Of a DNA stretch of 64,000 nt, positions 1-11,818 are shown in pieces. Numbering within the stretch: position 1 is the first letter of the stretch; the number at the start of each line of letters is the position of its first letter. The notes below the pieces were generated by a model. It did no database searches. It worked only from the letters and a program-made list of their open reading frames with translations, and was not told where the DNA came from. The DNA is from Selaginella moellendorffii (taxonomy: Eukaryota; Plantae; Lycopodiophyta), in assembly GCF_000143415.4 (NCBI RefSeq), contig NW_003314401.1, forward strand, positions 124,001-188,000. Reading direction: 5' to 3'. A program made the position numbers and the translations under genes.

Positions 1-2331
1 AGGTTGAACTTCTTGTCGTGCCCCAGGAACTCCAGTGACGAGCGGACGGTGCTCACGATGATGGCACGCTTCTCCTGGCCCTGGAACTCCTCCACGCTTC
101 CAACTTTGATCTCTGCGAGCCTCTCTTTCGATAAGGGGCCTTTGATCTTCTCGACCTGCTTGCGGTATGGTGTGATGATCCCGATCTCCGTTGCCAAGGG
201 CTTGTTTCTCCTCATATCCCTCAGACTTTTCACCACCTCCATCACTTTGCTCACTTCTGCTGCATTGAACCACGACGGACTATTGCCCTCCCGCAAGTCT
301 TTGCCTTCCACCCCAATGAAGAGGATTGGAAATTTCTTGTTTGGAAGCCAGCCCCACTCGCACAAGGAGCGCGAGAACTCTCCAGCGCAAGGAACTAGTT
401 CACCCTGATAAAAGAGCCTCGAAGGCAGATCCAAGATGCTGGGGTGCGAGCGATAGTTTCTCACAAGCTTCGTCACCATTTCCTTCTTGAAGGGAGGGGT
501 GTAAGGTGGCGAGGATATGAGACGCTCCAGGAATGACTTGCTGAGGCCGAACTTGTCTGCCAGCGGCGACCGGATCACGGGGCCGAGCTGCTGATGATCC
601 CCCGCAAGAACAAGCACGGTGCTTGGGGCCGCAAAGTTGATGGCCGCCACCATCGCCTCGGGCTCGGTTGGCTGGCCGGATTCGTCCAGAAAGATGTGAG
701 AAAAGTGACCGGCGGGAACACCACGAGAGTGGAGCATTCCGGCACTCATACATGTCGTGACGATGATTTTGAAAGACGTGAGCTCCTCTCGACTCGGGCA
801 ATTGAAAAACGGGCTACCATCGCCGTTGGAGAATTCCTTCACTTTGTTAGGGATGCCGGCGCGTGAGCGCGTGAAAGCATTGAGACGGAGCATGTGTCGA
901 TTCTCCACGAACTTGGCCAGGCGCTCGAGCAAGAGGTCCGAGGCATTGTTGGAGGGAGCACAGGCCAAGATGACCCCGTCCTTGTTGTGGCGACGGACTT
1001 GCAAGATGGCCTCGACAACCGTCACAGTTTTCCCAGTTCCGGGTGGACCGAAGATGATATATGGCGGAGCACCTCTCTTTGCGACGATCTCTTGCACCGC
1101 AGACATCTGTTCTTCGTTGAGCGAACCATGGCTTATGGGACGAAACCTTAGCGGTGGTGGTGGTGGTGGCGGGGGCGAGATTTTCGGGCTTGGAAACACG
1201 AACATGTTGCAAAGCTGGGGCGAGATGCTGGCAACTGCATGGTGGCATCGCTTCAAGTTCGTTCTGGAGAAGGAAAACCGAACGTCAAAACGCGTGCCCT
1301 GGATGAACACCCGGTGGAAATCGTTGGCAAACTTGAGGAAAACTTCCTCTGCACTAACTCGGTGTACATATCCCTTCAACAAAGCAACATCCACAACTAG
1401 ATCATAACAAGTACACATATGTACTTACCTCGTATTCCTTGTCTTGCGTACCGGGAGGCATCAAGTAAATTCGATCCCTGTAGAGCACGGAAGGTCGTCT
1501 CTCGGCAAGGCCAAGCACTTTCAAAATGAGGAACCCGGAGTCTTGCCTCATCACCACGTTTTCCATGTCATAGGCTCGGATATCAAACTGCGCGAAAACC
1601 AACCAAGCTCGTGTGATCATCAAGATCAACCATAAGATTACCTCCATTTGGTACTCTTCGGCATAGAGAAGCGCCGCGAAGTAGCGGGCGTAAGTCGCAG
1701 GCGAGAGGCCGTCGTTGAATACCCGCGGAGGGATCTTCTTTTGGAAGTCCCTCCTCACACCAGCAGGCATCCAAAATGGTGGAAGAACAAGCTCAAACTT
1801 GGGTGCCGGTGGTGAGACGCCAGGAACAATGTTGCGAGATCGAGGCATCTTCTTGGGCTTGGGCTTGCAATATGGAGCCGTCGGCCGCGAATCCTTGGAA
1901 ACTTCATCGTCTCCGGTGGCCTGGATGTGCTGCACGACTCTCCACGCCGGTTGCAAGTCGCACAGGATCCTGGCCGGGTAGTAGCCAACTTGGCCGGGAG
2001 AGAAGGTGATGGTGAAGGAGACATGGCTCTCGGGCTGTAGCCGAATGGATCGCACAAAGTCCAAGCTCCTGCTGCTCGAGGAAGACGATGCTATCTCCTC
2101 GGAGCCGGTGAGCGCGAGGCCGCGGAAGCCTCTGAGCGTGCCCGATGCCGCGATGCGCACCGCCCGCAACACGACCCCATCGTCGCTACCGTTGATCACC
2201 GCGAAGTTGGCGCTGCTCGAGTGCCCGACCATGACGCTCTTGGGCTCACCATTGTCATCGCATGGGAAGGGTTGCGTGATGAAAATGCCGCTCTCCCCCG
2301 CGGGCGCTACCGCGAGCTTCGCCTTGCCCAT
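1..2331 (-). CDS. SDE3: SDE3/MOV10-like SF1 (Upf1-like) RNA helicase, 3' end runs off window
   Basis: Exons ~2331-1642, 1587-1429, 1373-<1 with GT-AG introns; motifs FGPPGTGKT, HIFLDESGQ, GDHQQLGPVI, GIITPYRKQV, VGSVEEFQGQE; N-terminal LYAEEYQME/GLAERRPSVL typical of MOV10/SDE3. Confidence 0.9.
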
Positions 2332-2884
2332 GAAAATGAGTAAAGATTTCCTTGCTCTCTGAACGCTTATGTATCGAATAGATCTCGGATTCCTTCTCCT
2401 GTCGAGCACTATAGCCACGACTTAAAGTTGTAGATTCGAAAATTGTAGTGGGTTTACTTTAAGATCAGGACCTTTATTTTATTTCCAGATTAACTAATTA
2501 ACTATTGTTTCTAAAGGTAGCACACAGATTCTGCAGCACGTCGCAGGAAAAAAAATAATTAAGCTTGCAAAGTAAGTTTCATTTCGAGTGATTGAAACTC
2601 TGTTTGAACTTTCTGCTGAGAATGTTTTATTGCGGGGTGGGGCGATGTAGCCAAATTCCATTAATCCGAAGAGCCAAATCAAAAGTTGCAAATGTTCGCG
2701 GTTTTGTGCGCCTACGAACTTGCTGTTCAAAAAAGAAAAAGGTGGTGGTTTGTATGTCTCAGTCCCTGCAAGAGCTTTAGCAAAAGGAGAATGTGAGCTT
2801 TCTCTGAAACGATCTGCTGCATCCACCCAACACCCAGCGCTGCTTTCATCTCCGCGCTCGCAATCCTCGGTTTTCCAGCCCCAA

Positions 2885-3903
2885 ATGGACCACCACAAGT
2901 GTGGCGTTCTTCTTCTCCTCGCGATCGCTGCCCTCGCGGCTGCTCTCGTTCGTGGCGATTCCATCGTCTCTGGGAATGTCTTCTGCGACCAGTGCCTGCA
3001 CGGGAGGCCCAGTATGTGGGGAATTCCAATCCGCGGTAAGATCTTCGCTTGAGAAACTCGTCGAGTATAATCTCCCGCTCACATCACCACACACAGGTGC
3101 CAAAGTGCTCGTCCACTGCCGAAACAGGCAGGGGATGGCAATGGCGGTTCCAGCCATGTCAAACTTCTTGGGTGCTTTCGTCGCCAACTTCCCTGGAGAG
3201 CACGACCTCCAGCACTGCACGTCCCGGCTCATGTGGAGCCCCTTGAAGCAGTGCAATGTGGTGGCCAACGCACAGCAGTCACTGCGCCTGGAATGGAAGA
3301 TCCTGGACAATGCCTTCTACACCGTCAAGCCGCTCTACTTCACGCCTGTCAAGCCTCTCGCAATCTGTCCAGTCTCGAGGCCCAAGCTGGATCCAATCGT
3401 CGTTCCAAAAGCTCCGGCACAGCAGCAGCCATCGTCTTACTGCCGAGCAGAGTAAGTGTGATATCAAGCAGACTTTCCCTTGGCCTGACTTTGAGGATTC
3501 CTGTGTTTGTAGCCACTGGATGAATCCAGTGTATAGCTGCCACTGGAAGTTTGTCACTCCGGACGAGAGCATCGCTAAGCTGCTTGGCCCCCGAGCCAGA
3601 GACAAGTATGGTAACATCACCGCCTTGGAAGCGCTGGTGAAGAACTCGAGCTTGAATGGCATAGCCGACCAGCACTATGCCACCACCTACAATGGCTTGC
3701 TCTCCGAGACGGTGGCTGCGCTGCTCAACTCGTACTACAACAGCCGCTTCAGCCTGTCACCCATGACAATCTCCAGGATCTTTGACAATGTCATCGCGCG
3801 AGGAACTCCTAAAGATGCAAGCAAAATAGCGGCAGAGTTCAGGAGAGCCAACGCTGGATTGGGCAAGGGGACTTGCCTCTTGGATGTCTGTAAATCCAAG
3901 TAG
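2885..3903 (+). CDS. Secreted Pollen Ole e 1 / protodermal factor 1-like protein
   Basis: Signal peptide, VSGNVFCDQC Ole e 1 motif, C-terminal AALLNSYY..F PDF1-like domain; 3 exons (introns ~3036-3097, ~3451-3512). Confidence 0.8.
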
Positions 3904-4046
3904 CCTGTAACTTCCAGTCTATATATCATGCGTGTAAGTCCACTTCGGCCATCTTCGAGACCTTAACACACCTCACACAAGAGTACGAGAAAGAGATACC
4001 TGATCCATCAATCGCTAGCAATCACATTTTCCTGGATTTTGCCGTG

Positions 4047-5117
4047 CTACCAGTCATCAAAACCATCTTCTTCCACTTCTTCGGCCATCTCAATCTCTTT
4101 GAGACCGTAGCACACCTGTGACGAGAACAGAGGTAAATCCGCGCTGGCAAGAACACGAGAAAGAGAGGTACCTGTTCGACTGATAAACGCAATTGCTTAG
4201 AGACGAAAAACACGTAGTCATCCCCTCCGCAAGACAAAGTGTGGGCCGCCTCGGTTTCAAGACCATAGCCGAGTAACTTCCGTCGCAGCAACACTTTCTC
4301 GGCTTTTGCCTGCCTAGAAAACCTTTAAACGATGGAAAGTTCGAAGAGGAATGAAAGCACTCACAGCAGAAGGAAAGTTTTGTAGCAGTGCTCCACGGAG
4401 GACATCGCCTATGATGTACGAACCTTTCATGGCATGTGTGCTCACGCCCCCAAGTAGATCGTTCGAACGCAAATTCAGGCCCTGGACTAGATACAGGAAG
4501 AAAAAAATCACACAAGTAATGGATCCATATCTTCACGAAGTATCAAACCTGTAAAGCCCAAATGCTGGGCCGATCTCCCCTATATCCAGCTTCAACGAGC
4601 GCTGGAGTCCAATCTTCGTGGAGTGAATCGCAAGTTACATGCCGGAGCACGAAGTTCTTGTTCTTCCTTGAAGGCACATCTACGTTCCAAAGAAAACCTT
4701 AAAGTTCGATAGAAAAGAACTGGTGATTACCATGCTTGGAAGTCGAAGGAGAGACATCGAAGATGACAAGAGGAGCAAGAGCGCTCCATGTCGCCAAGCG
4801 ATGGAGCTTTGGTTGATCTATTGTCGAGCATAGCACCACCTTGAGTAGATTCAAGCTCTCGTGAGAAAGAGCATTGAGAGGAAGGATCTCACCTGGCTTG
4901 CCCTGTCCTTGCTTGTAGCGAGCATCTCACAAATGGTATCATCCACAAACTTGGTGGACACTTCGTGGTACCCCCATTGCGAAGCGCGCGTGTGAAAGAA
5001 CTTTCTCCTGGGAACTGGAAAGAGAAAGAATCCAATCCCTGCTAGCTAGCTCGGAGATCTCATAGAACCTGAGAGGTGGATGGCGACGCTCGCCCCGGAT
5101 CCCAGTCCCACCGCCAT
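4047..5117 (-). CDS. Putative SAM-dependent methyltransferase (leucine carboxyl methyltransferase-like family), multi-exon
   Basis: Exon peptides STKFVDDTI, DWTPALVEAGYRGDRPSIWALQGL, acidic end EEVEEDGFDDW*; exon structure approximate. Confidence 0.6.
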
Positions 5118-5141
5118 TGCTAGGGTTTGTTGCCCACTAGA

Positions 5142-6443
5142 ATGCTGCTGGATAGAAGCGAGTGCCTCAACCTCATTGCCTCCTGTAATTCTTTGCCCGC
5201 CGCCAGGCAGCTAGAGCACCACGCCCAGCACATTTTCAGCGGCGGGACCGACGCGTTCGCGAGCAACAGGCTGCTGGAGCTGTACGGGAGATGTGGCAGC
5301 GCGCAGCACGCACGCCGTGTCTTCGATTCGATCGTGCACAAGGACTTGTACTCGTGGGTCCGGATGATCACTGCATATGCCCGGACTGGGCATCTGGAGG
5401 AATCCAAGCGAGTGTTTGACAGCATGAAAGAGTGGAATTTGGTTTCCTGGAATGCAATGCTGAGTGCTTTCTTACACTACAACCTTACGGACGAGGCCAA
5501 GGTGATGTTCGACGCGATGCCGGAGAGGAACACGATCACCTGGAATGCAATCCTGTCTGCATTTGCCCAAGGCGGGGATCTTGGTGCGGCAAAGTTCGTG
5601 TTTGATTCAATGCCCGAATGGGATCTCTGCTCTTGGACGCCCATGCTAGACGCGTATGCGGAAGCCCATCTTGTGCGAAACGCTCGCGATATTTTCGACT
5701 GCATGAAAGAGAGAAGCATAGTTTCATGGACCGCGATGCTGTGTGCGTATGCCCAAAACGGGCATCTAGAGGACGCACGGCAGGTGTTTGATGCGATGCC
5801 AGAGAGGGACGTGGTTTCCTACAACGCAATGCTCGCGGCGTACACACAGAGAGGGCATATGGACGAGGCGAGTCAGGTTTTCTTCGGCATGGAGGAGCGC
5901 AGCAGCGTGTCGTGGAACTGCATTGCTTGTGGCTATGCCCAAGACGGGCATATTGACGCTGCCACTCGGGTGTTCCTCGCGATGCCAGAGCTGAGCGTCG
6001 TGTCGTGGACTGTGATGCTCTGCGCCTACGCTCACACCGGCCAATGGACCGACGCTCTGGACCTCTTCAGCAGCATGAAGATGACCACCATGCCCGACGA
6101 CGTTGCCTTTCTGTGCGTGCTCTTGGCGTGCAACCACGCCGGGAGCGTCCGCTCCGGCTGCTCTCACTTCTTCTCCATGGCTCCCGACTACAATGTGACA
6201 CCCCGAAAGCAGCACTACTCGCTCATGCTCGATCTCTTGAGCCGCGGGGGGTACTTGGACGACGCCGGGGAGCTCGTCGCAAACATGCCGTTTGCACCGG
6301 ATGCGCGGGACTGGACGAGCTTGCTAGGGAGTGGTAAAACTGGCAAGGAGGACTACGGTGCTCGAGCAGCCCGAGGAGTTTTGGAGCTGGATCCCCACAA
6401 AGATGGAACTTATGTGCTGCTGGCCAACTATCTGCAGCACTAA
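5142..6443 (+). CDS. PLS-class pentatricopeptide repeat protein (E domain, no DYW)
   Basis: Intronless tandem 31-35 aa repeats (VSWNAML..YAQNG); ends ACNHAG...YVLLANY. Confidence 0.93.
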   Translation: MLLDRSECLNLIASCNSLPAARQLEHHAQHIFSGGTDAFASNRLLELYGRCGSAQHARRVFDSIVHKDLYSWVRMITAYARTGHLEESKRVFDSMKEWNLVSWNAMLSAFLHYNLTDEAKVMFDAMPERNTITWNAILSAFAQGGDLGAAKFVFDSMPEWDLCSWTPMLDAYAEAHLVRNARDIFDCMKERSIVSWTAMLCAYAQNGHLEDARQVFDAMPERDVVSYNAMLAAYTQRGHMDEASQVFFGMEERSSVSWNCIACGYAQDGHIDAATRVFLAMPELSVVSWTVMLCAYAHTGQWTDALDLFSSMKMTTMPDDVAFLCVLLACNHAGSVRSGCSHFFSMAPDYNVTPRKQHYSLMLDLLSRGGYLDDAGELVANMPFAPDARDWTSLLGSGKTGKEDYGARAARGVLELDPHKDGTYVLLANYLQH

Positions 6444-6746
6444 ACGAAACGACTTGTACGGGGATGGATCGATCAAAAGTAGCAGCAGCAGCGCACGCAG
6501 CCGTGCCGTGCAACGTTTGGTTTGAGCGAAAGTGCTCTTCTCGCTTTGAATAGAATTGATTATGCCCTCTATCTCTAGCTTGGCTAGCTTTGGTCAAATG
6601 TGACCGTTGTATACTCTCTCTCCAGCTTCGCAGCATCCAATCCTCCAAACCACTGTAGCTTCCTTCAAGCTATGGCTATGGTAGTATTGGTTCGTTGAGA
6701 ATCGCGAGCTTGAAGTAGCTTACAGTTTATAGTTGGATCGACAGCA

Positions 6747-8936
6747 ATGAGGAGATGTAATGGGCTGCTGGTGATGATGGCGCTGGTGATGGTGGAATCG
6801 GCGGACATCTTGCTGCAAGAGTTCCAGCAGGGGAGCATGTCGCTGCTGGGCGATGCGTTCCTGCGCAACGGGAGCATCGAGCTGACCAAGGACAGCAGCG
6901 GGGGCCTGAGCTCCGGGAGAGCGCTCTTCCCATCGCCCATCAGGCTGGTGGACCGGGCGAGCAACGCCACCGCCTCCTTCAACACCTCCTTCACCTTCTC
7001 CATCACCAACACCGACGCTGTCCACTTTGGCGATGGCCTCGCCTTCATCTTCGCTCCCAGCAACACCACCCAGGGCGGCCCCGGAGGATGGCTGGGATTC
7101 CTCTCGGCCTCGGCACCGGCAGGGAGGCCGCCGCCGCCCACCACGCAGCACAGCCTCGCCGTGGAATTCGACACCTTCCTCAACGTGGAGTTCATGGATC
7201 CAAACGACAACCACGTCGGCGTGGATGTGGATAGCATGGTGTCGCTCGAGTTCGCGGACGCCGGGTCGGAGCGAGTGGAGCTCAAGAGCGGGCGACCCAT
7301 CACGGCGTGGATCCAGTACGACAGCGGCCGCCAGGAGATGGAGGTGAGCTTGAGCTACAACGCGGAGCAAATGCCGCAGAAGCGGCTCTTGTCACTCAGC
7401 GTCAACCTGTACGCTGTCCTGGACGAGTACATGTTCGTTGGATTCTCGGCCGCCACCGGAGGAAACATCGAGCTCCACTCGCTCCACTCGTGGCAATTCT
7501 CTAGCTCTGGCCTCGAACATCTGGATGAAGCTCGACCTCCAGCTGCGGCAGTGGCGGCTGCTGCTCCTCCGGATCTTGGCCAGGAAAATCAACCGGAGCG
7601 GGAGACTTCGACGAGATGCACTCGCAAGCTTTGCATGGCTGCCACAACCAGGTTCCTGGCAGTGTCGACGGCGTCCGCCATAGCTGGAGCAGTGATAGTG
7701 AGCATGATCTTGTGGCTGACTTGCAGCAGCAGGGCGACGCGCCACGATCTCGACTTGGGTGGTGGCAGCAAGCCGTCCAAACTCTGCTCGTGCCTTGGGA
7801 GTCTCTGTTGTTTCTGGCGTGGGAAGGAAAGATCTTTGTCCTCGGACGACTTGAACAGCAAGAAGATGATCAGCAGGATATCGTCGAACTTGCACAGCGG
7901 GCCGAGGAGATTCACGTTCAAGGAGCTGAGCTGCGCCACCAAAGGATTCAGCCAGGTGCTCGGGTATGGTGCGTTTGGGACGGTCTACAAGGGTCGCCTC
8001 CGGTTGCTACCAGTGGACATGAAGAGCGAGGCACCGACGAGCGATGAGATAGTCGAGGTGGAGGTGGCGGTGAAGAGAGCCAATCGCGGGAGCAAGCACG
8101 GCCGCGAGGAGTTTATGTCGGAGCTCTCCATCATCGGCTGTCTCCGCCACCGCAACCTTGTCCAGCTCCAAGGCTGGTGCCGCGAGAAGAACGAGCTCCT
8201 CCTCGTCTACGACTTCATGCCCAATGGAAGCCTGGACAAGCTCCTCTTCGACAAGAGCGCCTCGAGCAGTGCTTTGAAGTGGAGCGTGCGCTTTAAGGTG
8301 GTGGTCGGGATTGGCAGCGCGCTGGCCTATCTTCACAGCGAGTGGGAGCAGCAAGTCGTGCACCGGGACGTGAAAGCCAGCAACATCATGCTCGACGCCA
8401 ACTTGAATGCCCGGCTGGGGGACTTCGGCCTGGCGAGGCTGATGGAGCACGACAGTAGCCCCGAGACGACCATCACCGCCGGGACCGTCGGCTACCTGGC
8501 ACCCGAGTATCTCCACACCGGCAAGGCCACGGACAAGACGGACGTCTTCAGCTTTGGAATCGTGGCGCTCGAGGTTGCCAGCGGTCGAAGGCCGATAACC
8601 GAGGAGGAGGACAACGTCACGGAGGAGTCAAGTGGATCATCGTCGAGCAGCTCCAGAGTGTTGGTGGACTGGGCGTGGGGACTCCACAGGAATGGGAAGC
8701 TCCTCCAAGCGGCGGATCCCAAGCTGGGTGTCGAGTTCGAGCAAGTGGAGATGCTGCTACTGCTCCAGGTGGGATTGCTTTGCTGCCACCCGGATCCAAC
8801 TTCTCGGCCCAGCATGAAGCAGGCAGTCCAGATCCTGTGCGGGGAGATGACGCTTCCGCCATTGCCCAAGGCTAAGCCCAGGCCATCGTTTGCGTCGCTT
8901 CCACCCGTGAGCATCGAGGACATCATCCAGGAGTGA
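6747..8936 (+). CDS. L-type lectin receptor-like kinase
   Basis: Legume lectin domain (GDGLAF, AVEFDT, VGFSAATG), TM helix, kinase motifs GYGAFGTVYKG, HRDVKASN, DFGLAR. Confidence 0.95.
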   Translation: MRRCNGLLVMMALVMVESADILLQEFQQGSMSLLGDAFLRNGSIELTKDSSGGLSSGRALFPSPIRLVDRASNATASFNTSFTFSITNTDAVHFGDGLAFIFAPSNTTQGGPGGWLGFLSASAPAGRPPPPTTQHSLAVEFDTFLNVEFMDPNDNHVGVDVDSMVSLEFADAGSERVELKSGRPITAWIQYDSGRQEMEVSLSYNAEQMPQKRLLSLSVNLYAVLDEYMFVGFSAATGGNIELHSLHSWQFSSSGLEHLDEARPPAAAVAAAAPPDLGQENQPERETSTRCTRKLCMAATTRFLAVSTASAIAGAVIVSMILWLTCSSRATRHDLDLGGGSKPSKLCSCLGSLCCFWRGKERSLSSDDLNSKKMISRISSNLHSGPRRFTFKELSCATKGFSQVLGYGAFGTVYKGRLRLLPVDMKSEAPTSDEIVEVEVAVKRANRGSKHGREEFMSELSIIGCLRHRNLVQLQGWCREKNELLLVYDFMPNGSLDKLLFDKSASSSALKWSVRFKVVVGIGSALAYLHSEWEQQVVHRDVKASNIMLDANLNARLGDFGLARLMEHDSSPETTITAGTVGYLAPEYLHTGKATDKTDVFSFGIVALEVASGRRPITEEEDNVTEESSGSSSSSSRVLVDWAWGLHRNGKLLQAADPKLGVEFEQVEMLLLLQVGLLCCHPDPTSRPSMKQAVQILCGEMTLPPLPKAKPRPSFASLPPVSIEDIIQE

Positions 8937-9057
8937 TAGACACTGCGAGAGAGAAAGAGATGTAACAAACCAATTGTTATATATAAACGAGGCTACCTGT
9001 AGCATATTCGTTCGTCTTCCTTGCAGTTGTGCTCCCTCCCTCTAGCCTCTGGATCCA

Positions 9058-9654
9058 TGATCCAACTGGGAGACACTCTCCCCGACGGGATCCTCTATCA
9101 CATAGACGCCGCTACTCGCATCCTCCATATCCTGTCCATCCGCCACCTATTTGCTCACAAGCGCGTCTTGCTGCTCGGAGTTCCAGGTGCCTACACTCCA
9201 AGTTGCAGGCAAGTAACTTTCTTTCCTCGATCCTGCTTGATCTCTTCTTATTCTTTGCGTCTCTCCAGCGTAGAACACATCCCTGGCTACATCAGCAAAG
9301 CACCCAGTCTCCATGCCAAAGGCATCACAAACATCTACTGCTTGACAGGTACCTGGCTGCTGCTGCTCAAAACTTATAACTCTCGTGACTGCAGTGAACG
9401 ATCCCTTCGTCACCCATCAGTGGTCCAAGACGTTCGCGGACAACAACGATGCCGTTCGTTTCCTTGCCGATGGCTCCGCAACCTTCACCAAAGCATTGGG
9501 TATGGACATCGACTTGACCAGGCACGGGATGGGCGTCCGGGGCCGGCGCTTCGTCTTGTTCGCTGACAACCTCAGGGTGAGAAAGCTTATCGTAGAGTAT
9601 CCCGGAGAGGCTGCCAATATTGCCGTGGATGATGTGCTCAAGCTGTTCATCTGA
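9058..9654 (+). CDS. Type II peroxiredoxin (Prx5-like)
   Basis: GVPGAYTPSCS-EHIPGY peroxidatic Cys motif, VNDPFV, FLADGSATFTKALG; two short introns, the first apparently GC-AG. Confidence 0.88.
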
Positions 9655-9673
9655 TCAAGGAGGCCGCGGCTTC

Positions 9674-11710
9674 TCACTTGTCTCCTTGAATGTCCTTGAG
9701 CCTTTTAAGCAACTGCGTTGAGTCCCTGCCCAGCTTGGAGTTGATCATCACCAGGTACTCGAGCGTCTTGCCAACCAGTGGATCGTAAGGGCCTAGCTCC
9801 CTCGTCTGGATGTCGAGCACTCTACTCATCAAGACATGAGCCTCCGGGAATCTCTCCAGAGCGAACAGTATTGCTGCTAGAGTGTTGCAAGCGTCACCTG
9901 CATGCATGCACCATTGTGTCACACCATTGAAAGGAGCCTACTTACAAGTGTTGTACCTGAGAACGGGTGTTCCCTCCCATATCTGGCCTCGCACAAGAGC
10001 AGAGACTGACGAGCCAAAGGCTCCGCTTCGGTGTGCCTTTCCATGTGGTGCAGGAGCGTGGCAAGCATCTCTAGCGCTCCAGATAGCTCCGGTGCATTAG
10101 GACCGTAGTGAGCAGTGGCCAATTGTAAGCATCTCCGCATTAGAGACTCGCATTTGACGAGGTTGCCACAGTTGGCGTGAGACACTGCCAGGTTCTTCAT
10201 GTGCACAAAGAGCCCAATGTCACTTGACCCGAGCCTATTCTGGACAGCATGTACGTTGTCTTCCAAAACCTCCTGTGCTTCCTTGTGCCTGGTGAGGTGA
10301 CAACACGAGGTGAAATCAACAACAAAAGCGAAAGATCGTGTGCCACACCTTTCCAGGACTGTCAACACCATTGAAAAGTCTGTTCTCATCGACTCGATAA
10401 GTAGTGGATCTGGCGTGGTACTCCTCTCCATCACTCTCAAAGCTTCACGAAACAAATCTGCCGATGCCTCGTTGTCACCTGTGAATATTGTTTCGTATGA
10501 GAAAGGAGCAGAGTGTACAGAATTATCATACCAGTCATGTACTTTGCTTGCGCCAATGACGACATTACAACTCCAACCCGTCCATCGTTGGGTTTCTCCT
10601 TTGCAAGCTTAAGAGCCCTGGAGAAGAAAGAAAAGAAATGTGAGAGAAATACCACTCACCAGAATCAATACCTGCTCAACGTTTGCTCTGCCTCAACGTG
10701 ATTGCCACGTTCCAAAAGAGCGAGACCAAGATGCTGGAGCGGGAGAACCAAAATCTGGCTGTCCGGCCCGTTTGCTTTCTCCAATATTGCAATCGCCCGA
10801 ATGTACTGTTCGGTGCTCTTATCCAAATGACCAGCATCTTTGCAAGCAGCTGCGTAACCAAAAAGCGCATTGACGAGGAGTGGGCTGTCGTTCCCTATTC
10901 AGAAAAAGCGATCGTAAGATAGAGCAGGCAAGGATGAAATAGAAAAAATAAGACTTTTACCACCGTACAAGTCTTCCTGCATGCGAAGACATCGCTCGTA
11001 CAGCTCTATAGCCCGGTCGGGTTGATCCAGGGTTGCATACATAGCAGCCATATGCTCCACAACTTTATCAACAAGAGGTTCTGGTTTAGCACTGTCAAAG
11101 TGGTTCTTCTCCATAAGTTGTGTCAACTGTAACAGGAAAAGTTCCATTTCAGAGGCCTTAGAAATAAAATGTACCTGTGTAAGAAGTGGTGCAGCGCCTT
11201 CAACGTCCCCCATGTCCAGATGACCTTGAGCAAGAACATCTAGCAGAGCCGCCTGCTCAATTCCTTGCTCACCGCCGTCCAGCTGACGCTTCAGAACCTT
11301 GTAATTGGCGTCGAGCAAAGCCTCCGCATATTCTTCTTCTCCTTGTTCAATCAGATTGGCCAGCTTCTGGCGCAGGCCGTCCAGATCCTTCTTGAGTTCA
11401 TCTACAGCGACAACTTCTGCTGTTTTCTCCAAGTGGGTACTACTCGACGTAGTGGAAGCTACGTCTTTCCTGTAAAACGCGCTGGTTAAGTTCGCAAAGA
11501 ACACGCTTTACAATCTGCACCTGGCAGCGACGAAGGTTCTCAGTGGTTTTCGGCGATGAAGAACTCGAAGCAAAGGCCCTTCCTGCTGTTGCTGCTGCTG
11601 TTGAAAGAGATGAGAATGAGTGGGCACAACAAACCTGTTGGGTACCATCACTTAGGCACAAAAAAAGTGGAATTCAACCGAGCTCACCTGTGAAACGCAT
11701 TGGCCGCCAT
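9674..11710 (-). CDS. TPR-repeat protein (kinesin light chain / nephrocystin-3-like), multi-exon
   Basis: TPR repeats such as AIELYERCLRMQEDLYG and AEPLARQSLLLCEARYGREHP across several exons. Confidence 0.8.
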
Positions 11711-11818
11711 TCTCAACTATGCACGTCGCCCTATCTTAAAAACCAAAACCTCAGAAGAGTGGGAGAACTTTAACAATAAATAAAACCCTTTATTTAGGCT
11801 CAGCTAAACGAACAACGT

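Noticed and set aside
757-1407. Long antisense/shadow ORFs over GC-rich genes (also 14062-15033, 6665-7370)
   Set aside because: Explained by codon bias of the real genes on the other strand
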